This document shows positions 1 to 7,090 of a DNA stretch of 11,755 nt, piece by piece. Under the pieces are notes generated by a model. That model worked only from the letters and a program-made list of their open reading frames with translations. It did not search any database and was not told the origin of the DNA. Position 1 is the stretch's first letter. Each line of letters starts with the position of its first letter. Both the position numbers and the translations under genes were made by a program. The DNA comes from Ascoidea asiatica JCM 7603 (lineage: Eukaryota > Fungi > Ascomycota): the NCBI GenBank assembly GCA_001600695.1, contig BCKQ01000004.1, positions 1,136,068 through 1,147,822 of the forward strand, given 5' to 3'.

Positions 1-885
1 ATAATTATCAGTTTACTTGTTTTCATCTTTTTCTTAATTTTAGACACTTTGATATATAAAGATGAAAGTAAAATTAATTTAGTTATACCAAAAATAATGT
101 GGAAAATTAAGAATTTTATACCAGTAATGATTTTATCATTTTTTGGTTATGCTACAAGTTATTCAAGTATGATGATTGTTGTTCAAATGCTTGAATATGT
201 AATTTTAGATTCTCCAAGAAAAGTTGGAATTGAAATGTTAGCACAACCAATAACAATGATTATAACTTCAACAATAGCAACAATATTTTATGGTAAAATA
301 GCTCCAAAATACGCTTGTATATTTGGTTGTAGTCTTGCATTAATTGGATCAATTTTAATTCATTATATAAATTATAAAACTAAAGATGTTTATTGGAAAT
401 ATGCTTTACCAGCTTTAATTTTAACATGTGGTGGAGCAAATATTTTTTTTATAAATTTTTTAAATTTAGTTACTTTTGCATGTCCAAAACAATTTCAAGG
501 ACTTTTATCTGGTTTATATGTTGGTTTTGGACAATGTGGTACATCAATTGCATTATCTGCAGTAACTTCTATAGTTGGTACAATTGATTATTCTATTTAT
601 ACAAAAGATGAAATTAATGAAAAATATGCAAGATCTGCATTCTTACCAATTGCATGTGCTGCTTTAACAATTTTACTTATTACTTTTACAATTCAAGAAT
701 TAAAACCTGAGGATATGAGAATATTTGATGATGATAATGATGAAAATATTTCTTCTGAAAATAATGGTATAATAGATGAAATTATTAATCAAGAAAAAGA
801 TGAAGAAATCAATCAGGTAATGAATCAAGACACTACTGATGAGATTAATAAGGAAAAAAAGTGTAATGAAATTGAATTACACTAA
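1..885 (+). CDS. MFS drug:H+ antiporter (DHA2, Atr1-like), paralog A; 5' part lies outside the window
   Basis: The frame is open from base 1 (IIISLLVFIFFLILDTLIYKDESK...) to TAA at 883-885. It aligns without gaps to the C-terminal half of the 1414-2976 protein at an offset of 2190 nt, up to the tail. The TTG 'start' at 49 in the ORF track is internal. Confidence 0.9.
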   Translation: MIISLLVFIFFLILDTLIYKDESKINLVIPKIMWKIKNFIPVMILSFFGYATSYSSMMIVVQMLEYVILDSPRKVGIEMLAQPITMIITSTIATIFYGKIAPKYACIFGCSLALIGSILIHYINYKTKDVYWKYALPALILTCGGANIFFINFLNLVTFACPKQFQGLLSGLYVGFGQCGTSIALSAVTSIVGTIDYSIYTKDEINEKYARSAFLPIACAALTILLITFTIQELKPEDMRIFDDDNDENISSENNGIIDEIINQEKDEEINQVMNQDTTDEINKEKKCNEIELH

Positions 886-999
886 TATCTTTCCTCTGTA
901 GATTTCTATAGATTTATATAGACCTCGTTCACATTTTTCTTTTATTCTTTCAATATGCATTCAAATATACATTCAAATATCCTTCTAGTGACTAATTAC

Positions 1000-1078
1000 C
1001 AGAGTAAAATTACTCTGTAAAATTACTCTGTAAAATTAAAGTAAAGATTTTGGAAGAATTCCGATCGGATGTATCCGA
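1000..1078. promoter_or_regulatory. Palindrome and tandem-repeat cluster with Zn2Cys6-type CGG triplet sites upstream of MFS paralog B
   Basis: Inverted repeat CAGAGTAA-AA-TTACTCTG (1000-1017); 13-mer GTAAAATTACTCT in about 2.7 copies (1004-1038); palindrome TCCGATCGGA (1060-1069) overlapping CGG-N6-CCG (1066-1077). The motifs are seen directly; function is inferred. Confidence 0.45.
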
Positions 1079-1413
1079 TACGAACCTGAAATTACATGCT
1101 TTTCTCGTCATTCTTCCGGTGATCATTTTCTTCAAAGTGCTTTACAAACGATTAAAGTAATATTGAATATAACAAAGATAAGTGAAATGATTATTAATAA
1201 GAGAAAGTTTGAAAATTTTGAATAATTGCATGAATATTTAATTTTCATTTATTATTGACATATATGTATATAAATATGTCAAGAATTACGTATAATAATC
1301 TGGATAATAAATAATATATATAATAATAATGATTTAAGTTTATAAATTAAAAGCTATTTAAGAAGAAAAACATTTAGAGTTTAATTATAATATAACATTT
1401 ATAAATAATTAAA

Positions 1414-2976
1414 ATGTTTGAAGAAGTTAAAGAAAAGTATTTTAAATCATTACTTTTTTTTACACTTACTTTATCAGTATTGAGTGCAAATATGAATGTG
1501 ACTGCATTTATAATTTCATTTGAAGATGTTGAAAAGATATTTAATGTTGATTCTTCAGTTGCAGGATGGCCAATGTCAGCATATACAATTGGATATTCAT
1601 CATTTATTATAGTATTTGGTAGACTTGGAGATATTTTAGGATATTTTAATGTTTTTACAATTGGTTTATTTTTTTTTGCAATATTATCATTAATTGGTTC
1701 AATAATTGAAAATTTTACTGGATTAATAATTATTAGAACATTACAAGGAATTTGTGCAGCTTCAACATCACCATCATGTTTTGCATTAATTGCCAATTTT
1801 TTCACTGGAAAAGAATTAAATATAGCAATTGGTGCATTAAGTGGGATTATAACAATGTCTACAGGATTTGGATTTTTATTTGGTGGAATATTATCATCAA
1901 CAAATTATGGATATAGAGGATTTATGTGGATGTCATTTGGTTTCAGTTCTTTAGGAGTTTTAATATCTATATTTTTATTTTCAACAATTAGAAATAAATT
2001 AAAAGAAAATGAGGATAAAAAAATCAAAGGAGAAGAGAAAGATAATAATAATAATAATGATCCAAATGAAAAAAATTGGAAAAAAGTAGATTATTTAGGA
2101 TTTTTATTATTAATTATTTTTGGAGTTTTATTAGTAACTGGTTTTACAGAAGCTGGTAAATCTTGGAAATCTCCAAAATCATATGTCTTAATAATTATCA
2201 GTTTACTTGTTTTCATCTTTTTCTTAATTTTAGACACTTTGATATATAAAGATGAAAGTAAAATTAATTTAGTTATACCAAAAATAATGTGGAAAATTAA
2301 GAATTTTATACCAGTAATGATTTTATCATTTTTTTTATATGCAGCATTATATTCAGGTATGATGACAGTTGTACAAATTTTTGAATTTGTATTTTTAGAA
2401 TCTCCAAGAAAAGTTGGAATTGAAATGATTGCACAACCAATAACAATGATAATAACATCAATAATTGCAACAATATTTTATGGTAAAATTGCACCAAAAT
2501 ATGTTTGTTTAATTGGATGTTTAATTGGATTAATTGGTAGTTGTTTAATTCATGAGATTAAATATGAAATTTCAAAAGTTTATTGGAAATTTGGTTTAAC
2601 TGGATTAATTTTATTATGTGGAGGTTCAAATATTTTTTTTATAAATTATTTAAATTTAGTTACAGTTTCATGTCCAAAGGAATTTCAAGGAATTTTATCT
2701 GGATTATATTTAGGATTTGGACAATGTGGTAGTTCAGTTGCATTATCTGCAATAACTTCAATAGTTGGTACAATTGATTATAAATTATATACTAAAAAAG
2801 AAATTAATGATAAATATAATAAAGCTACATTTTTACCAATTTCATGTTTTGTTTTTTCAATATTATTAATTACATTTTTTATAAAAAATTTAAAAAAAGA
2901 AGATTTGAAAATTATTGATAAAGATAATACTGGTAGTTTAGAAGAAGGAGAAGAAGAAGAAGAAGAAACAAATTAA
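1414..2976 (+). CDS. MFS drug:H+ antiporter (DHA2 family, Atr1/Amf1-like), paralog B, 520 aa
   Basis: ATG in an A-rich context (AAAATG). Many hydrophobic segments. WPMSAYTIGYSSFIIVFGRLGDILGY contains MFS motif A in the form seen in Atr1-like proteins, followed by motif B (RTLQGI). Substrate cannot be inferred. Confidence 0.88.
   Translation: MFEEVKEKYFKSLLFFTLTLSVLSANMNVTAFIISFEDVEKIFNVDSSVAGWPMSAYTIGYSSFIIVFGRLGDILGYFNVFTIGLFFFAILSLIGSIIENFTGLIIIRTLQGICAASTSPSCFALIANFFTGKELNIAIGALSGIITMSTGFGFLFGGILSSTNYGYRGFMWMSFGFSSLGVLISIFLFSTIRNKLKENEDKKIKGEEKDNNNNNDPNEKNWKKVDYLGFLLLIIFGVLLVTGFTEAGKSWKSPKSYVLIIISLLVFIFFLILDTLIYKDESKINLVIPKIMWKIKNFIPVMILSFFLYAALYSGMMTVVQIFEFVFLESPRKVGIEMIAQPITMIITSIIATIFYGKIAPKYVCLIGCLIGLIGSCLIHEIKYEISKVYWKFGLTGLILLCGGSNIFFINYLNLVTVSCPKEFQGILSGLYLGFGQCGSSVALSAITSIVGTIDYKLYTKKEINDKYNKATFLPISCFVFSILLITFFIKNLKKEDLKIIDKDNTGSLEEGEEEEEETN
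2191..2334 (+). repeat. Exact 144-nt copy of window positions 1-144 (tract shared by the MFS paralogs)
   Basis: Base-by-base comparison gives 0 mismatches over 144 nt, then 17 mismatches in the next 66 nt (145-210 vs 2335-2400). Confidence 0.95.
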
Positions 2977-3181
2977 ATAGAACTTATATAAGATTATATA
3001 ATGACTTATATGTATATTAAAATTATTTTACTACATTATTATAAAGTAATTTTTTGAATTTTGGGTAAAAGTTATAAATAATTAAAAAACCTCAAAATTT
3101 TTATAGCGTCAAAGATTATCTGAAAAATGTTTTAAACTTTTGGGGTTTTGTAATTTTGCTCTTAACTAAAGAAATGTTATT

Positions 3182-3253
3182 TCCGATATAGTGTAACGGT
3201 GATCATACCTCGCTTTCACCGAGGAGACCCGGGTTCGACTCCCGGTATCGGAA
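3182..3253 (+). tRNA. tRNA-Glu (anticodon TTC), intronless
   Basis: Acceptor stem TCCGATA/TATCGGA; anticodon stem CCTCG/CGAGG with loop CT-TTC-AC (anticodon 3215-3217); T arm CCGGG-TTCGACT-CCCGG. Closely resembles yeast tRNA-Glu(UUC). Confidence 0.98.
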
Positions 3254-3255
3254 TG

Positions 3256-3270
3256 TTTTTTTTTTTTTTT
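3256..3270 (+). terminator. Pol III oligo-T terminator of tRNA-Glu
   Basis: T15 run starting 3 nt after the discriminator base. Confidence 0.85.
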
Positions 3271-3520
3271 CTTTTTATGTTTGATTTACTTTTTTATTTA
3301 TTGTTTTTTAAGAACTGTTTAGGAAAGAAAAAAAAAACGAATATATATGAATGAAATATATAAAGCACGAATTAAATATTCAAATAGCTTCAGTAGAGAA
3401 AATGTTGTGTTTTAATTCCATCAGTAATACTATCGATGCAATCAATGTAGCTTTGCAAATTCACTTCTTTTCTTGTTGTTGTTCTCAATAAAGTACAAAC
3501 GCAGCCAGTGAGTAAGAAAC

Positions 3521-3534
3521 AAAAAAAAAAAAAA
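3521..3534 (-). terminator. Pol III oligo-T terminator of the tRNA-Lys-like gene
   Basis: A14 on the + strand (T14 on -), just downstream of the tRNA 3' end at 3541. Confidence 0.75.
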
Positions 3535-3540
3535 GAACAA

Positions 3541-3634
3541 CAGCTCATTAGGGGCTGGAACCCTAGACATTTCGGTTACTTGAAATTAAAAAATCCCTAA
3601 AAGCCAAACGCTCTACCAACTGAGCTAATGGGGA
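3541..3634 (-). tRNA. tRNA-Lys (anticodon TTT) with a 21-nt intron (3577-3597); probably a pseudogene
   Basis: Minus strand reads TCCCCAT TA GCTC AGTTGGTA GAGC G TTTGG CT-TTT-A [GGGATTTTTTAATTTCAAGTA] A CCGAA ATGTC TAGGG TTCCAGC CCCTA ATGAGCT G. The D, anticodon and T stems are intact and match yeast tRNA-Lys(UUU). However, the acceptor stem has 3 mismatches out of 7, the T loop reads TTCC instead of TTCG, and the intron contains T6. Confidence 0.88.
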
Positions 3635-3824
3635 TGAGTTATGTTTTTTTTAAATTTTTGTAATTTGTCAATATGTTTTTGAAAAATTTTATAGGGCTCT
3701 TTTTTTTTTGGTTTTTATTGGTGATACAAGGAACTTGTTGAGTTTTAATTGGTAGCAAGGAAATGGACCCATAAGAAGAGAAAGTACACCATTTGGTGAT
3801 AATTGTTTACAAGTTAGAAATGGA

Positions 3825-4067
3825 TGCCAAGAAAACGATTAATTTCAATGTGTTTCAGAGACTTTTTGAGGCAGTTCCAAAAAGGGTTTTTTCGCTTTTC
3901 AGTCTTTCACTAGCCTCAACGGTGCTTTTCTTTCTTTTTCTCTTTGTGTCCCTCGGCGGATTTATTTCCTTCTACGGCTCACAAATAAAAACGCACGGAG
4001 GCTTGGCATTAGCACGTGGCGCATAAAAATGGATAAATGTGGCTTGGCAAATAATTGCATTCACGTG
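3825..4067. promoter_or_regulatory. Antiporter promoter module: three Rim101/PacC-type TGCCAAG sites and two CACGTG E-boxes
   Basis: TGCCAAG at 3825-3831 (+); CTTGGCA at 4002-4008 and 4043-4049 (TGCCAAG on -); CACGTG at 4013-4018 and 4062-4067. Confidence 0.6.
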
Positions 4068-4160
4068 CTATTAAGTCGCCAAATTTGTGTTTCTTTCAAT
4101 TTGCAGCTTTACGAAATCCTCGAATGAATTTTTCTTCTCGGTTTTCTTCTCGTCATCGGT

Positions 4161-4217
4161 CAATTTTGACTAATTTTGACTAATTTTGGTTATTTTTGGT
4201 TGAATTTGGTTGAATTT
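4161..4217. repeat. Degenerate 10-bp tandem repeat (about 5.7 units)
   Basis: CAATTTTGAC TAATTTTGAC TAATTTTGGT TATTTTTGGT TGAATTTGGT TGAATTT. Confidence 0.8.
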
Positions 4218-4428
4218 ATATGAAAACTCCCTTTTTTTTGATTATTTTGATTATTTTAATCACATGTATTCAGGGACTATTTTAAATGATATTCAATTTA
4301 ATGATATAAAAGCCAATTTCTCACTGGTTTATTTTAATTATTCCTATTTCATTTCTAATTTATTACTTTTTATCAATCTTATATACTAAAGAAATAATAT
4401 AAGTATAAGTTTGAGACTTACCAAAGTA

Positions 4429-5970
4429 ATGGTTTGGTCTGAACTTGATAATAATAATTGTAATGTTTCATTTTTAATTATTGGTTTCATTATCACAATA
4501 TATTGTTTATTTTCATATATTATTAAAGATAAATTATATCTTGGAGAATCTTTATATTCAACAATTATTGGTATAATTATTGGTCCATATGTTTTAAATT
4601 GGTTTGATCCAAATAATTGGTCAAATAATACTGATTATTTAATTTTAGAATTATCTAAATTAATTTTAATTTTACAATTATTTTCATCTGGAATTGAATT
4701 ACCACCATATTATTTAAAAAAACATTTTAAAGGTTTATCATTTATTTTAGTTATTTCAATGTCTTTAGGTTGGATAATTTCTTCAACTTTTGTTTTTTTA
4801 ATTTTTAAAAATAAAATTTCATATATTGAATCTTTAATAATTGGTGGATGTTTTACAGCAACTGATCCAATTTTATCTGCTGCAATTGTAAGTAATGGTC
4901 CTTTTAGTAATTCAATTCCAAATTATGTTAAAGATTTATTAAATTCAGAAGCTGGTTTAAATGATGGTTTAGCATTTCCTTTTGTAATGTTAAGTTTTAA
5001 TTTATTATTTTATAAAAATAAAAATCAATTTGAAATTGCAAAAAATTGGTTAGGTATAAATATTGCTTATGAATGTTTATTTGGTATAATTATAGGTATA
5101 ATTATTGGTTATATATTTAAAATATTATTAAAATTTTCAATAAAATTTAAAACTATTGATCATGAATCAATTTTTATAATTTATTTATCAATTGCTTTAT
5201 TTTCAACTGGAATTTGTTCAAATTTAGGTTTAAATGATTTATTATGTTCATATATTGCAGGTCATATATTTAATTATGATGGAAGTTTTAAAAAAAATGT
5301 AATTAAGAAAAATAATTTTATTGAAATTATGGATTCAATAATGAATTTATTATATTTTTTATTTTTTGGATCTTTAATACCTTTTAATGATTATAATTCA
5401 ATAATTTTAAATTTAAAACCATGGAAATTTATAGTTTTAGCAATTATTGTATTAACAATAAAAAGAATTCCACCATTTTTAATTTTAAAACCAATAATTT
5501 CAAAAAAATATATGAGAAATTGGAAAGATTCTTTCATTATTGGACATTTTGGTCCAATTGGTGTTGGAGCAATTTATGCTTCAACTGTTGCAAGAATGAA
5601 AATTGAAAATCATATATTAAATGAATCTAATCATTTAAATATTGAAGTTCCATTAAGTTCAACATCTGATTTAAATTCTTCAATTGATCATTATTATTTA
5701 TTAAGATATATTTTCCCAATTGTTTCTTTCATGGTTCTTATTTCTGTTATTATTCATGGATTTTCAGCTCCAATTATTCAATTATCAAGATATTATAGAA
5801 ATAAACCAATAATTTCTCATGAAGAAGCTATTGATGATAATGATAATGATAATGATAATAATGAAAATCATGAGAATACAGAAACTAGTACTCCTCCTAT
5901 CACTAATCATACAATTCATGAAGAAATTTCCTCAGAAAATAAAAAGGAGAATACTCTTGCAATGGTATGA
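4429..5970 (+). CDS. NHA1: Plasma-membrane alkali-cation/H+ antiporter, Nha1/Sod2 family (CPA1), 513 aa
   Basis: First ATG is at 4429 (MVWSELD); the TTG at 4411 is an unlikely start. Family motifs include KDKLYLGES, GIIIGPYVLNWFDP, TATDPIL, EAGLNDGLAFPF, YECLFG, IDHES, GHFGPIGVGAIY and SVIIHGFS. The symbol indicates family membership; this may be a paralog rather than the strict ortholog. Confidence 0.93.
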   Translation: MVWSELDNNNCNVSFLIIGFIITIYCLFSYIIKDKLYLGESLYSTIIGIIIGPYVLNWFDPNNWSNNTDYLILELSKLILILQLFSSGIELPPYYLKKHFKGLSFILVISMSLGWIISSTFVFLIFKNKISYIESLIIGGCFTATDPILSAAIVSNGPFSNSIPNYVKDLLNSEAGLNDGLAFPFVMLSFNLLFYKNKNQFEIAKNWLGINIAYECLFGIIIGIIIGYIFKILLKFSIKFKTIDHESIFIIYLSIALFSTGICSNLGLNDLLCSYIAGHIFNYDGSFKKNVIKKNNFIEIMDSIMNLLYFLFFGSLIPFNDYNSIILNLKPWKFIVLAIIVLTIKRIPPFLILKPIISKKYMRNWKDSFIIGHFGPIGVGAIYASTVARMKIENHILNESNHLNIEVPLSSTSDLNSSIDHYYLLRYIFPIVSFMVLISVIIHGFSAPIIQLSRYYRNKPIISHEEAIDDNDNDNDNNENHENTETSTPPITNHTIHEEISSENKKENTLAMV

Positions 5971-6232
5971 TATCTTTATTCTTCTTTTTCTCTCTTTTTT
6001 CTTTATCTTTTTCCGTTTTAATATTCTAAGCATTACATTGTCATTTCTATTTCAATCATTTATTTATTATTTCATTCATTTCTTTATTCATACATAATAT
6101 ATTAGATGTACAATAAACTCTTCTGTTTACAAAATATCAAACGTAGCAAAATGAGAAAATTTAGAACTCCCATAAAACTGGACTCGAAATAAACATTCGT
6201 TTCTGGATATCACAGTGGAATCTCTTTTTTTC

Positions 6233-6500
6233 CGCTGTAATGGCATTTTGGTGGAAACGGCAACATTTTCAGTTTTCTGAGCTTGGAACAGTTTTCAGCT
6301 GAGCATGTCCGGTTCGAACTCTGCGGGAGGAGAGTTTTCAGTCTCGAGTAATCAGGCTGGGGCTTTATTACTGCAAAACAGTGGCAGGACCACTGGAGGG
6401 AAGCAATTCAGCACAGTGCGCCACACGCAGATGTGGCTTACCGGGTAGCATCTCGCTGGTTAAATTCTAGTTTAAAGAACTAGTTGACTGTAACCATCTT
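6233..6500 (+). ncRNA. SCR1: Fungal signal recognition particle RNA (7SL/SCR1 homolog), about 268 nt
   Basis: The 5' end CGCTGTAATGGC matches the minimal fungal Alu domain as in S. pombe and S. cerevisiae SRP RNAs. Helix 8 is CACTG-GAGG-GAA-GCAA-TTC-AGCA-CAGTG (6391-6418), with a GNRA loop and a symmetric SRP54-type internal loop. A helix 6 candidate is GAACTCTGC-GGGA-GGAGAGTTT. Helix 5 pairs CCGGT (6309-6313) with ACCGG (6440-6444). There is an A-box-like TGGCATTTTGG and a B-box-like GGTTCGAACTC (6311-6321). The gene ends AACCATC plus T9. Confidence 0.92.
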
Positions 6501-6507
6501 TTTTTTT
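6499..6507 (+). terminator. Pol III oligo-T terminator of the SRP RNA gene
   Basis: T9 immediately after AACCATC. Confidence 0.8.
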
Positions 6508-6901
6508 CATATATTGGGAATATAATATTATATTACTTTTACTATTATTGAATTGGCTAAATTGATAAAGTGGTTCTTTTTATTTCATAGTTTCACATCT
6601 TTTGATATTGAGAGACATTGATTTGTTTTGTTAGTTAGAATAAAGAGGGGGAAGGAAACATTAACTCAATTCATTCGTATTTTGTATTTTATATTTTATA
6701 TGGGTTTTATCGGAATTAAAGACATTCTATATTAAAATATAAAATATAAAATATATAATATAAAATATAAAATATATTGTTTTATATTGTTTTCTAAATA
6801 TTTATATTATATTATATATTTATATGAATACAGTAACTAACTAACTAACAAACTAAGACTAATATTAAGACTAAGACTAAGATTAATATCTAATACTAAA
6901 A

Positions 6902-7053
6902 CTAATTGGAATTATAATTTAATATTATTGGTTTAAAACAACTTTTAATTCTCCAATTAATTTCTTTAAATTTATTAATTTCATCAATTTGATTATCAAT
7001 TTTAAAATTTTTAAAAATTTCAATTAATTCTTTACAATTTGTTCCATACATTA

Positions 7054-7090
<37 letters not shown>

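Noticed and set aside
393-2497. ORFs 393..587 (+), 1374..1805 (-) and 2306..2497 (-)
   Set aside because: They are alternative-frame or antisense shadows of the MFS genes with no recognisable motifs.
3793-4026. 77-aa ORF with a hydrophobic stretch
   Set aside because: It has a non-ATG start in the track, its hydrophobicity comes from T-rich promoter DNA, its codon usage differs from the real genes, and it overlaps the regulatory motifs.
5421-6097. ORFs 5421..5606 and 5819..6097
   Set aside because: They are out-of-frame overlaps with the antiporter, driven by GATAAT repeats and the T-rich 3' region.
6301-6330. GGTTCGAACTC as a possible third tRNA or standalone B-box
   Set aside because: No cloverleaf can be built around it; it is explained as part of the SRP RNA gene.
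6720-6900. TAAAA(TA), TAAC and TAAGAC short repeats between the SRP RNA and SIS genes
   Set aside because: This is low-complexity terminator-region DNA with no consistent unit or structure to support a distinct element.
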